DNA from: Macrostomum lignano
Taxonomy: Eukaryota
Assembly: GCA_002269645.1 (NCBI GenBank)
Contig: NIVC01002752.1
Span: 79,298-143,297 of the forward strand
Length of the DNA: 64,000 nucleotides
Direction: 5' to 3'
Of this stretch, positions 39,301 through 51,600 are shown piece after piece; within the stretch, counting starts at the first letter, position 1, and every line of letters begins with the position of its first letter. The notes under the pieces were generated by a model that worked only from the letters and a program-made list of their open reading frames with translations, was not told where the DNA came from and ran no database searches. The position numbers were made by a program, and so were the translations under genes.

Positions 39301-41877
39301 ATCTGCTGGTCCCAATTTGTAGTCGGCTTGTCCACGCGGATGCAATTCCATTTTCTGTGTCCGCACGCGCTGCTGGGGTTTTTTTAAATCCCCGGGAGGG
39401 AGGAGAAGGGAAGCTGGAAGCTTGCAGCTGGAGAATCCGGTAGGATTATGTCTGATCGGAGGGATCGGGGGGCATGGGATGGGATGGAACATATTCGGGA
39501 TATTAGCTGCAGCGGCCTCGGGATTCAAATGGCAGAGCATCGTGCTGACTGCGGCCCCGTTTGACCCCGGTGGATATGATGGGGAAAAGCCGCTGCCTAA
39601 TCCCCGGGAGCTGTAGCTAGCGGCCTTTGAAAATTGACTCTTTCCCCGGCCCCAGACAGCTCGTGAGCATAGCGCAGCCCTCGGTGAATAAAAGCAAGTG
39701 CAGCAGACACCCCCGCAGACAAATCAATTTGGTTTTGAGCTGCCTGCCCTCTGAGCTGCCATGCTCAAGTAGTATTCTCAGAAAGATTATCTCTAGCGGA
39801 GATGGGACAGCCAGCTGAATTCCAATACATGTGCTGACAAACTTGTTATGTAAATTGATTTTTTACTAAGATTACCTTGCCCAGCTGAGCGAGAGGCAAG
39901 TAGTTTCTATATATAAGAATCTTCTTGCGAAAACAGAGTGTACATGCCCGACGATTAGAAAGTCAGGGGCCGCTGTACACCCCGTGTGAGCGTCTGCATG
40001 CCCATCGAAATAAGTAAATAGCTGTAAACTAATAAAATTTTGAGTTTAACCAGACATTTGCAAACAAAAATTCAATACTAGTTTATTCTTTCATTTGTTT
40101 GTTTTAAAATGCAAAAATTGTTTGGCGCAAATTTAAAGCTGAATTGCTAGTCGCGTCGAATAAATTACCTATAAGTAATAAATCCATTCTAGTCCAACGG
40201 CTTGGCCCGAGTCGCAGCGTTGCTTAGCAACCAGGCCAGCTCGGAGTCCGTCCGAGCCGAAGCAGCCGGAGTTGTCGCCCAGGTGAGCCAGCCGGGACTG
40301 CCGGGCCGCTGCCAGGACCTCCTGCTGGGCGCACTGGTGCCCGACACCGACAGGCTGATCCGGGCGCTCACCAGTGAGTAAAAGTGCACTGGCAGCATTT
40401 TTTCAAATACGATTTGTGCCGATATGTATCGAAACAAGGAAGAACATTTCGGCACTTTCTGGACAAGAAAGCTTTTTTTCTGTTCATAGCATGGTATATT
40501 CTTTGTGCATCAGAGTAGAAATCTTGATATTGAGCAGTTAGCCACTGCTCAACAATGGCCTCCTATTGATACAACACATGAAGACTTCTAATTAATAATT
40601 AATCAGATGCCCGGGATAAAACCCATATTATCTAGAATTGCCGTCGTAAATTTCGTGTGGAGAATACTATAATAGTAATAAGATAGTGGATAGGAATATA
40701 TTGAAGACTCTTAGCTCTTTAGTTGGAATCGTTGGAACCCTTGCGCTCCTTGTGCAGACGTTCTTGGAGTTCAGTAAGCTGCTTTCAGTGGTCTATAGTA
40801 ACGGCGGATCTGTTAATAATAACTGATTACACCTGCCCCAAAGGGCAGATGTGCAACCGACAGCTCAGCCGCAGCTATTGCGTGGCGCATCTGAAGGCTG
40901 CGTACGGCTGTTCAGTCCAAGGACTGGGGGGTCGCCACCCTCAATTACCCCAGCTAATGCTGGCACCCATTTTACAGCTGGGTGAACTGAAGCAATGTAG
41001 AGTTAAGAGTCTTGCTCAAGGACACAAATTGCTCCGAGTGGATTGAGAATCGAGCCCCGACCTTTCACTCGTTAGTCCGATGCTCTAAACCACTAGGCTA
41101 CAACCCCCTTGGTATTATAATGTTACCCACAGAGACTACTCAAACACTTTGAGTAGTCCCTGGTTACCCGTTGCTAAGCCGTAGCTGCGCGGTAACAGCA
41201 CAACGATTGCTAAGCTGTAACGATTGATAGAATCGCGGATATCATAGCAAAATCGCACATTTACTTTTAACTCTGCCGCAGGACTGTGCCAGCAGACAGC
41301 CAGTCCGGAAGCTTTCCTACTTGGCGCGGCCGCTCTGGCTAACATCAGCCAAGTCAGCCTGGCCAGTCACGATTACATGCGGCGTCATGCTACTGTCCGA
41401 GTGTTGGTGTTGGCATGCCAGCAAGGCAAGGCTAGCAGTGCTCAGGCCCGCGACCAGGTGGCGGCGGTGCTCGCCAACGCGGCATCCATCAGCGGCCAGG
41501 CCAGCGAGCTGACCAGAGCAAATGCGGCCGAACTGTTGCTGCAGTTCCTCAGCGAGCCGTCGCTGTCAGCGGCCTGCGAACAGCTTCAACAGAGAGCAGC
41601 TACCGCGGTCGGCCGGCTAGCGAAAGATCCTGGCAGCGCGCAGGTTCTGCTAGAGCTGGGCGCGCACAGACGACTCGTGCAGCTCTGTCGCCATCCCGAA
41701 GAGCGGCGTTGCTCCGATTCCGTCCTGCTGGCCGCTCTGGCCGCCCTACGGCTGCTGCACGACGCCTGCGGACCGGCGGCCTTCCGTCGACGCGATCTGG
41801 CCGAATTGGTGCGGCCACGTCTGCTTGGAGCGCTGGCTTCTTGCTCCCAGCTGCAGGAGTCCCTCTGCCACTCCTAG
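27313..41877 (+). CDS. insc: Protein inscuteable homolog (LGN/Pins-binding ARM-repeat spindle-orientation adaptor), 8 exons, about 554 aa
   Basis: Exons 27313-27568, 27892-27955, 28059-28185, 31279-31334, 35023-35281, 35912-36037, 40193-40373, 41282-41877 total 1665 nt, all GT-AG and in phase. [27 protein letters not shown] resembles the INSC LGN-binding peptide (SVQRWMEDLKLMTECECMCVLQAKPI); also [74 protein letters not shown] and C-terminal QESL. Confidence 0.93.
27584..27875. repeat. 23-bp minisatellite (TCCACCTCATATCTACTCAACTC) filling insc intron 1
   Basis: About 12 copies starting about 15 bp after the donor. Confidence 0.95.
28335..28805. repeat. 18-bp minisatellite (CTCTCTGTCTCCCATTCA), insc intron 3
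   Basis: About 26 near-identical copies. Confidence 0.97.
29395..29900. repeat. C/T-rich low-complexity tract, insc intron 3
   Basis: CCCTCT / CCTCAT repeats. Confidence 0.9.
30510..31225. repeat. 22-bp minisatellite (GTTAGACACTCACTGAGATAAT), insc intron 3
   Basis: About 30 copies; shares a TGTTAGACAC core with the intron 4 array. Confidence 0.95.
32130..34970. repeat. 22-bp minisatellite (ATATCACCTGTTAGACACAGAC), insc intron 4, about 125-130 copies
   Basis: Long array with recurring variants (GATACGGAAAT, CACCTTTT, GGAATACGAGCT). Confidence 0.97.
35320..35900. repeat. 30-bp minisatellite (CATGCACCTGTTCTGTGTCTCTAATCTAAT) filling insc intron 5
   Basis: About 19 copies, ending about 10 bp before the acceptor. 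Confidence 0.96.
36180..38168. repeat. 23-bp minisatellite (CCCTCCAGTCTCAATGAGAGCCG), insc intron 6, about 86 copies
   Basis: Tandem array with variant trinucleotides and higher-order blocks. Confidence 0.97.
39934..40020 (+). mobile_element. 5'-truncated copy of the SINE-like repeat also found at 63600-63787
   Basis: CAGAGTGTACATGCCCGACGATTAGAAAGTCAGGGGCCGCTGTACAC aligns with the reverse complement of 63636-63685. Confidence 0.6.
40822..41108 (-). mobile_element. tRNA-derived SINE with a conserved central domain (Deu/Meta-like)
   Basis: Minus strand: GGGGTTGTAGCCTAGTGGTTTAGAGCATCGGACT (A box), GGGCTCGATTCTC (B box), then TTGTGTCCTTGAGCAAGACTCTTAAC...CACCCAGCTGTAAATGGGT, a motif typical of widespread metazoan SINE core domains. 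Confidence 0.8.
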
Positions 41878-43659
41878 CCTTTGACAGCCTGGCAAATTAC
41901 TTGTACATTATTATCTGTTTTTTGGATTCCCCGCACGAGCATGGGCGTAGCATAATGAAAGCGTACATGTAAGTGGATCGGACGTATGTACGAATTCCAA
42001 ATTTAGTGCAAGTGAAACTATATAATCATTTTGTATAGCATGTATACATGTAGCATGTAGTATTTTTATTTTTTTCATCGAGAGATTCCAGTGTGTGCTC
42101 CATCGTGTCAACTGTCAAGATATACTCATCCATATTCGCAAGCACGATCTACATGTCCATGAGCTGCATGTAGCTACAACACCTGACCTATTATACTTCA
42201 GTCATTACCCTGCAGTCATTGCCAAAGCTGTGAATTTTAGCGCGTATAAAGTATTTCTTTTGAATAAAGTTGCGATGCACTTTGCGATGCGATTGCAAAC
42301 GAGAATTTACAACTTTATGTAAATTCTTTTTTTTTCAACAAAGAAACACTGTAAAAATTACGCGTGATTAATTAAAAGAATGGACGAAACTTTATTTAAA
42401 TGTCTTTTCGAACTTCATTTATTATTATAGTTTTTATCAAAAAGTTTGTTGGGACCTTCATAGAGAAAATATAATTAGCCATTATAATTTTCCCAAAAGT
42501 TTCTGGTCTGAAAGTAGCTATAGTCTTCACGAATTAAAGTTATAGTTATGGAAAGCCAACGCCAAAATAACGGAATTTTCTTTACATGGATGAGATGAAG
42601 TGGCCAGAAATTCAAGCAAATTAATTAGGATTATAGTTGTAGTTAGCTAGCTATAAATCTTGCAGAGTTAGCTACATTGTAGCTATTTAAAAGCTTGAAT
42701 CATGCAGTTCGAGATGAACTCCACCAAACTGAGGTGAAGGCCACTTCGGCAAAGTGATTCACTTAGTTAAGTTGTCAAAATTTGATAAACAAATCAAAAC
42801 AAATTCTTCTATAACAAGGTAATTAATTCTCAAAGAAACATATTCAGTAAATTCGTTGAAGTGTTCAGACATTTAGATTCTTCAAGCAATTTTAATATGC
42901 ATGTTTCTTAAAGTTAATGGTAAATTTTACTTTTTTCAAAATACGCCAAGGTGCAGCCGAGTTTCGATGTAATGCGCACCTAATGATCTCGCATAGAGAA
43001 TGGAAGCCATATTCCGCGATACTTTGAAGCAAGTCGCAGGCTCTAACCATTAAGCTTCTAGCACGCGTACCTTGTGAAGTCTGAGCTCTAGTCCTGTATA
43101 CTAAAATCCATATACTAAAAAGCTGAACTAAAAAGGTAAGAAATGAAATGATACATTTCAATAAGTAGACCTACAATACAATACAAGAGACTGTAATGAA
43201 TTAAATTCTTGTGGTCATCATTCCAATTCTCCGTAGGGGCCTACTGGAGTTAAGTAAAAGAAATTGAAACAAAGACGCTGCCAGGGCAATCAGGTTTAAT
43301 ATTTGCGAAGGTTAATAATAATATCTAGGTCAACTGTATATATTATAATATTAATGATCCAGTTACATTAGGTGGCACGCGCTGGCTATAACTATTATAT
43401 TTTGGATAATAGTAGTATTGGGATGGGCTAATAATAGCAATAGTAGTTGGATATTAACTATGCTCTAAGTAAACTTAAAATAATGTAATATTCTAGTATA
43501 AGTCCATGTCTATAGTGGGTAGTGTGATTTCTGTGTCTATTATAAAGTGTCTAAAGGTTAGGGCCTACTGGCAGCCACCTGAGAGACCAACTGCACAATG
43601 CACACCTAACCAGTTTAAACTTGTTTTACCTTATATTTGCCTACAAAACACTATTTATA

Positions 43660-43890
43660 ACAAATAATAATAATATAATATAATAATAATATAATATAAT
43701 AATATAATAATATAATATAATATAATATAATAATATAATTAATATAATTATATAATTATAAAATTAATTAATTTCTAAATAATAAAATTTTAAATTTTAA
43801 ATCTAAAATTTAATTAATTAATTAATTAAATAATAATTATATAATTATATAATTATAATTATACTTAATATAATAATAATTACAATAAGT
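43660..43890. repeat. AT-rich low complexity (TAATA)n
   Basis: Almost pure A/T. Confidence 0.9.
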
Positions 43891-44220
43891 AAATAGTTGG
43901 TACATTACATTCCTAGAATATGTAACATTAGTATAAATTCTTTAAAAAAGTGACAAAACAAATATAAACACATATTTCATTACATCATCCTCCTCTGCAA
44001 AAAATTAATGTCCTCATTACCAAAAACATTATAAGACTAAGATTTAAAAAATCATTCAATGTAAGAGTTATAAAGTTTTGATTATTATGAATACCTATGT
44101 AGCCTATTGCCTATTATAGGCCTATAATAGTCTAACCTGGAAAATGAAGGATTGTTATTTATTGGAGGTTGTAGGCCTAGTTATTTTATCAACTGAAACC
44201 TTTAACCTTGCCATATTCAG

Positions 44221-45450
44221 GGTGCCACTGAATTTGTCAACATTTAATTTGTCAACTCTATTGACGAATTCAGCTACCTTAATAGGCATTGTTGACAAAT
44301 TTGGTTATCTGAGTAGGCCTGTCCAATATACATGCAGTCTCAAAAATATACCAAAGAAATGAAATTAAAAAAAGATGAAAGCCAATTTCAAAAGTAAAAT
44401 GAAGGCAAATGCATGGTTATACAAACCCATGGTTATTTGTGTATTCATTGTTTATGTGAAAATATAAAGTTAAAATTGCAGTTAAAACAAAACGAAAAGA
44501 GTTCTTAGAAATAAGATTATTTTTTAGAAACAAAAAAAGTCCAAAGAAATAAAAAAAACTAAAAATTCAATGCAGCATGCTGCACCTTCGGAGAAACTCC
44601 ATAGGTGTCAGCTCCTAATCGTCATACCTGCAGTATAGTGATTTCAATCAATCGTCTATTCGAAGATATTTAGCACGCTTCACTTGGCCATTTTTGCCCT
44701 GCAGAACGAGCTGGGCCTGTACATCTGCCAACAGAGCCTCTCTGTGGAGCAGTACAGTTCAAATAGCACGTACAGCTATAACTGGCCTCTGTAGACTGTA
44801 GGTGCGGGTCTTCAAATGATGGTGCCAGCTTCAACCTCATTGTTTGTTCACGTGCTCCGCTTGTGAATGCTAACATCATCAACACTCCAAATCAAGTGGT
44901 CCAGCCAAGTGGCTTCTGCATATTCATATACCCGGCGCACCTGTAGGTCCTGTGTCAACTGCACTAAATAGCCAAATGTTGCGCATGGCATTGCCAGGCA
45001 AAAAAGGCAGGGATATCAGCTGCTTTAGCGAGTCCTTTACTGCCTGGTCAGTTGAAAATGCCTGTTAATCCATTTTAATTACGCTGTACAAAACGTACAA
45101 AAGTACAAAATGAAGGGAGAGAGAGAAAAAATAGGCACGGCATTGCTCACAAAACTCAATCAGCTCACGCTCTATCCCATTGCCAGCTAGTTGCACATTC
45201 AAGTTGGGTTTGTGTATTGTGATGTACAAAGGCTCTTCAATCTTCTAAATATACTATCTTTCTATATACTAAATCTTTAAATTTAAAAGAAATTTACATT
45301 ATTGAGATACAAAACAACTTTTAGTAATTCTGCCTCATTTTTTTGATGAATTTTCTCAGCTTGTTTTAACTGTTGATGAATTCAACTTCCTCTAATTTCT
45401 CAAATTTTAGGTCTATTGACGAATTAGATGTTGACAAATTCGGTGTAACC
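44221..45450 (-). mobile_element. Internally deleted Mutator-like (MULE) element with TIRs and TSD
   Basis: CCATATTCAG flanks both ends (44211-44220 and 45451-45460). TIRs of about 35 bp: GGTGCCACTGAATTTGTCAACATTTAATTTGTCAA vs GGTTACACCGAATTTGTCAACATCTAATTCGTCAA. Broken transposase remnants on minus at about 45055-44820 (KQLISLPFLP..., YEYAEATWL..WSV...*TNNEVEA). Confidence 0.8.
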
Positions 45451-45869
45451 CCATATTCAGGCTCTAAGGGGGGGCTAGATTTGAAGTTGTCAAAGTAGCT
45501 GGCTTTATCATGGCTATTTTATCAATTACAGACCTTTAGTAGGGCCTAAACCAAGCTATTAAAACCTGCTCAATTTCAATTGGATTAAAGTCATTTTGGT
45601 GACAAGATGTTTTGGTGATAGTCCTTTTGGTGACAAGCAAAAGTCATCAAAAAGTCACCAGCTTATTCTTGCTGATGACAAAAAATATCCTTTTAGTGAT
45701 ATCCATTCTATTCTTTGTGCCATATACTAGCACTTAGGGTTGTCAAATTTGAAAAACAAAGTTAAAACTATTTATAAATTTATTGTTATTCTTGGATTCA
45801 ATCATTTACAATGACATGAGAAGACAGGAGGGAGTACTTGTAGAGCCAAAAGACAAGGGATAAGAGAGT

Positions 45870-46420
45870 AGAGATGAAGGAGGAGAGAGAAGCAAGATGA
45901 GAGGACAGAGGAGAGAGAAGAGAGAGGAGAGGAGAAAAGAGGGGAGAGAGAAGAGGAGAGAAAAGGGGAGAGAGGAGAGAGGGATAAAAGAGAGAGAAGA
46001 GGGCACATTCAATCTCAGGCCTTGACACAGTAGAAAAGACTGAAAAAAAAGTCAATTTAGTTGGATTGCTGATATTTCAAATTAGATAAATTCTTTGTCA
46101 GGGCTGGAAGCAAGTAAAATTTATTTGGCACAAATTGCCATCAATATATAATGGCGATATCAATAAATGGGTGTGCTCAAACACTTAAAACTGTTTGCAT
46201 GGCCAAACATTAAAACGAGTCTGAGACTGAGAGATGAGATGAATGGGAAAGAGAGGAGAGAGTAGGGAGGAGAGATGAAAGAGTAGAGAGGAGAATGTAG
46301 TGAGAAGAAAGAAGAGAGGAGATATAGGAGCAAAGAAAGATGAGAGATGATAGATGATAAATAAAAGCAGAGAGAAGAGAGGAGAGATTAGAGATGAGAG
46401 ACCAAAGAGGAGAGAGGAGA
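45870..46420. repeat. Two GA-rich tracts bracketing a short unique module
   Basis: GA-rich at 45870-46000 and 46230-46420. Confidence 0.8.
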
Positions 46421-48685
46421 CATGAAAGAGTCTCAGTCTGAGCAATGGCAATGGCAGGAGGTGCTGCTACTTACGTTGCAGGCACCCTACCGGCGGGGAC
46501 AGGCGAGGACTCGGCGCTACGTCGACTGTCTGCTGGCTGACGCCGGCGCCCCGGACTCTGCCGGCGGTGCGGCCTTTGTTCGCACCCAAGCTTCGAAGCG
46601 AGCCATCTGACGCTGCTTTTGCGAACTGACAGCGTACTCTGTTGTTGTTGTTGTTGGGCCTGATCCATGCTGACATAGGGGCCCTTGGCCGGATGTCGCA
46701 CCGCGTTCTTTTTGTTGGTTCTGGCTACGAAAACGGAAACCTCTTGCTCAATAGTCCGAAACCCGTCGTCCAGATCGACGGCATCATGAAATACATGTTC
46801 ATCGTTGACAATGGTGCACTGCTGGTTACCAATCTTAAACTGGACAGTCCAGTAAGATTCTGCAACCTTAGGTGGCATCTCTGAGGCAAATGTGCTTTAA
46901 AGACTGTAACAATTGGTGTGGAAAATGTACACATTTACTTACACATGCGGATGGATGTATAGAGCTGCAGTTAATAAAAAACACAATGGCGAATATACAA
47001 ATTGTCTGAAACAAAGTGTTCAAATCAAGGCAATAAAATTTACAAAATATATTCCACGAATCCAGTTGTCCTGACTCGAAAAACAACTCACGCAGCGAAC
47101 TCGCTTTATACAGAATCCTTTTAGTATTTAGCTAAAGCCGAATTGGCAATACAGATCAAAATGCCTGTTTTCATATACAGAAGTACAAGGTGCAACGGAA
47201 AATTACTTAATTGCAAAAAGTTACAAATCGGCAAACAATTTTTAAGCAAAATCATAAGTTGGTTACCAGTGCTGATAACAAAAGCGTCGTCGTTACAAGT
47301 GGCACTTGCACGCATACGCAATTGATGCCGGATGCTCATCTGACGTCTTGCCCTGCGTCTCGCCCTGCGTCTGACCATCGGCCCGAGTCTGCGGTCGAGG
47401 CTTGTTAAGTACAGACGTGTCCGCGTAAGCGAAGAAATCGCTACGCTTATTGCCCTGTTCCAGTTGTTCCAGAACGATCTGTAAATTAGCCAAGAAGATT
47501 GGGGGCTCTCTTGTCGGTATTAAATTGCTGCATAAGATGGATGCCGAAGATACAGCACATTTTTTCAGCGGGTAAAAGATAGGCCTATAAAGCCCTGAAA
47601 AATACACCTAATGATACACACACTGCAGTGCAAGAATATTCATTTATAACCATAAAGCGACATGCCAATATATAATAATTAGCAATAAAATAATTTGCCA
47701 TAAAACAATGAAGCCTTAAGCCTTTCTGCGTAACTCAGAAATCCGTGAATCAGTGTAAATTAATTAAACCAGAGCCAGTCGATCAGGTTGTCGTCTGTGT
47801 CAATGACGATCCAGAACGCACAAAGAGCCCCGGACAATGGAGGCTGATAATTAAGCGAATGGTGGAAGAGCAAGAGCGAGAGGCCAAGACGTGGCGAAAG
47901 GGGCGGCTATGACAGAGAGGCTTCCATCCGCGAAGGCCCCTAATGCAGGGCCGCGGCGGCACGGACCGCGGCCGTTACTCCGGTGGGCTGCGGGAGCCCC
48001 GCCGATGTACAGAGCGTCGCCGCCGCCGATGCATCGTCCGCGCAAGTCCACCAGCCTGCTGGAATGCGTTCCAAAAGCAAAAAGGCCAAGAAACATAGAC
48101 ATAACACAGAACATGGACGTGAAAATATTTTTTCTTTAGACGCTATTCCAGAGCGTGAAAATCAGGGAAATGTACGTGGAAATCGTGCCAACACTGCGCC
48201 GAACTTCAACCGACTTTTCTCAGACAAAATTTGGTGAAAATCGAGAAAATGTCGGTAAAAATTCGACCCAAAACAACTCAGACTTTTGTCTGTGTTTCAT
48301 CGACCTAACTAACGAGCGAAAGTCGGAGAAAATTCGTGTATATTTCGGTTCGATTATGAAAATCGTGTGAAAATGCGGGCTGAAGTTACACTGACAGTTT
48401 GAAAAACGCCGGAGTTGGGTCTCAGCGGGTCCTCATTGTGCTAGCTAAACTGGCTCTGATCATGTTTGATCTTTTTAATGCTTTATAAAAATTCATCTTT
48501 AGTGACTTGGTTAAGTATGTCCTTTGTTATTAAGCTACTATACAAGTTTTTAGAATAAAAAATATTTTTTATTATCAAAATTAGAACAAAATTCTTAATG
48601 ACTAATTATAGGTTTTAATGTATTTTTTACTTAAGAAAATATGACAACAAAGCATAAGCATGGGCTACTTTCAGACAGACAAACA

Positions 48686-51600
48686 ATGGACAAAGAGATC
48701 AAACGAATTTCATCGGAGTCTACTCATCAGATTTGCTCTGCCCAGGTGATCACTTCTTGCGAGAGCGTTATCAAAGAGCTCATTGAGAATAGTCTGGATT
48801 CTGGAGCAACTAATATAGGTATTGATGGGCATATTGCTCTTCTTCCTTCTATAAGTAGCATTAGCTATTTTTTAATAAAATTAAATAAACCATTCTGCCA
48901 CTTGTTAAAGAGATTCGACTGCAGAACTATGGCTTGGATCTAATCGAAGTGATTGACAATGGCGGCGGCATCGCCTACAGCGACTTTGACGGGATCAGTG
49001 AGTGGCTCGCTTGCCAGGTTTCCTGCGTGTGATCCGAATTATGGACCTCTAATTCGTGGTCTAAAAACACCAAGGACCATGTAGATTGGAGTGCAGCATG
49101 AGGACCACCGAAGGACCAAGTAGATTGGGGTGTAGCATGAGGACCACCGAAGGACCAAGTAGATTGGGGTGTAGCATGAGGACCACCGAAGGACCAAGTA
49201 GATTTGGGTGTAGCATGAGGACACCGAAGGGCCAAGTAGATTGGAGTGTAGCTTGAGAACCACCGAAGGGCCAAGTAGATTGGAGTGTAGCTTGAGAACC
49301 ACCGAAGGGCCAAGTAGATTGGAGTGTAGCTTGAGAACCACCGAAGGGCCAAGTAGATTGGGGTGTAGCATGAGGACACCGAAAGGCCAAGTAGATTGGG
49401 GTGTAGCATGAGGACCACCGAAGGGCCAAGTAGATGGGGTGTAGCATGAGGACCACCGAAGGGCCAAGTAGATTGGGGTGTAGCATGAGGACCACCGAAG
49501 GGCCAAGTAGATTGGGGTGTAGCATGAGGACCACTGAAGGACCAAGTAGATTGGGGTGTAGCATGAGGACACCGAATGACAAAGTAACCTTAATGCGCAG
49601 AGCAGTCCGATTTAATTAGTTTTAAAATCGCTTTCCTCAGCTCTGAAGCACCACACCTCTAAGCTGAGACAGTTCGACGGCCTGCTGTCCGTCAAAACGT
49701 TTGGCTTTCGCGGCGAAGCTCTCAGCTCTCTGTGCGCTGTCAGGTAAGTGGGCCAGCATTCTGAAGCGTCTATGGAAATTTTAGCGCGATTTCATTACTT
49801 TTGATAAAAAAGTTGCTATGCCATTCTGTCCCTGCCACACGCAGCGAGCTGTCTATTCACACGTACAGCACTAGCGATTCGACTGGCACTGTGCTAAGCT
49901 ACGACCATGCTGGCTGCGTTCAATCGCAATTGGCCAAGCCTAGGCAGGTGAGAACGGCTTGATTGAGGTTTTAAGCGGGACTGAACTAAGATTTGTGATC
50001 GGGATCCACTGGGTCTGTACTGGGATTCACTGAATCTAAACTGGGAAGGTATTCACTGATTCTGAACTGGGACTCGCTGATTCTGAACTGGGAAGAGATT
50101 CACTAAGTCTGAACTGGGAAGGTATTCACTGAGTCTGAACTGGGATTCACTGAATCTGAACTGGGACTCACTGATTCTGAAGCGGGATTCACTGAGTCTG
50201 AACTGGGAAGAGATTTACTGAGTCTGAACTGGGATTCACTGAGTTTGAACTGGGATTCACTCAGTCTACTGGGATTCACTGATTATCAACTTGGATTCAC
50301 TGAGTCTACTGGGATTCACTGATTATCAACTGGGATTCACTGAGTCTAAACTGGGAAGGGATTCACTGAGTCTGTACTGGGATTCACTGAGTCTGTACTG
50401 GGATTCACTGAGTCTGAACTGAGATTCACTGATTCTGAACTGGGATCCACTGAAATTGAACTAGGATTCACTGACTCTGAACTGGGTTCACTGAATCTGA
50501 ACTGGGATTCACTGAATCTGAACTGGGTTCACTGAATCTGAACTAGGACTCACTGAATCTGAACTGGGCTCACTGAATCTGAACTAGGATTCACTGAATC
50601 TGAACTGGGTTCACTGAATCTGAACTAGGACTCACTGAATCTGAACTGGGCTCACTGAATCTGAACTAGGATTCACTGAATCTGAACTGGGCTCACTGAA
50701 TCTGAACTGGCATCCACTGGATTTAGACTGGTTCATGAATCGGAATGCAGAGATTCTGAAATGAAATGGACGGATTGTGGTGTGGAATTCCGGGATTTTA
50801 AACAGGGGTACACAGATTCAGAACTGGGATTCGGGAACGTTTAACCGTGATCCGGAGATTTAGATGGAGGACTAGGATTATGAATTGGGATTTAAGGATA
50901 AAATTACTTTCTTACCAGCCCATCAATCTCAAACCCCAGCCAGGAACAACGGTGTCAGCCAGAAATCTGTTTCGCCAATTTCCTGTCCGACTAAAAGAGA
51001 TGCAAAAGACTGGCCAACGAGAGCTGAAAGCTTGCGCTCGCTGCGTCACCGCCTACGCTCTGGCGCACACGGGGATCAAGTTCTGCCTCAGTCACCAGCC
51101 TAGCCAATCAGGGTGAGTGCGGAATGCGGATCTTGGACGCGAAACTTCGTTTCTTAGAATTTTCGTTTCTTAGATCGATGCTCATTTTGCAACATGAAGT
51201 TTGCTAGCGAGAAATTTGCTTGCCGAAATCTGCTAGCCGAAGTTTGCTGGCCGAAATGTGCTAGCCGAAGTTTGCTAGCCGAAATCTGCTAGCCGAAGTT
51301 TGCTAGCCGAAGTTTGCTAGCCGAAATGTGCTAGCCGAAGTTTGCTAGCCGAAATGTGCTAGCCGAAGTTTGCTAGCCGAAATCTGCTAGCCGAAGTTTG
51401 CTAGCCGAAATCTGCTAGCCGAAGTTTGCTAGCCGAAATGTGCTAGCCGAAATCTGCTAGCCGAAATCTGCTAGCCGAAATGTACTAGCCGAAGTTTGCT
51501 AGCCGAAATGTGCTAGCCGAAATGTGCTAGCCGAAATCTGCTAGCCGAAGTTTGCCAGCCGAAATCTGCTAGCAGGAATTTTGCTAGCAAGTATTTTGCT

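Noticed and set aside
41036-41108. tRNA gene
   Set aside because: A and B boxes are present but the acceptor and T stems do not close, and a SINE core follows directly. The same applies to 63716-63787.
45190-45245. KIEEPLYITIHKPNLNVQL, resembling the tail of a Penelope GIY-YIG endonuclease
   Set aside because: Only about 19 aa with no adjoining RT or GIY/YIG motifs.
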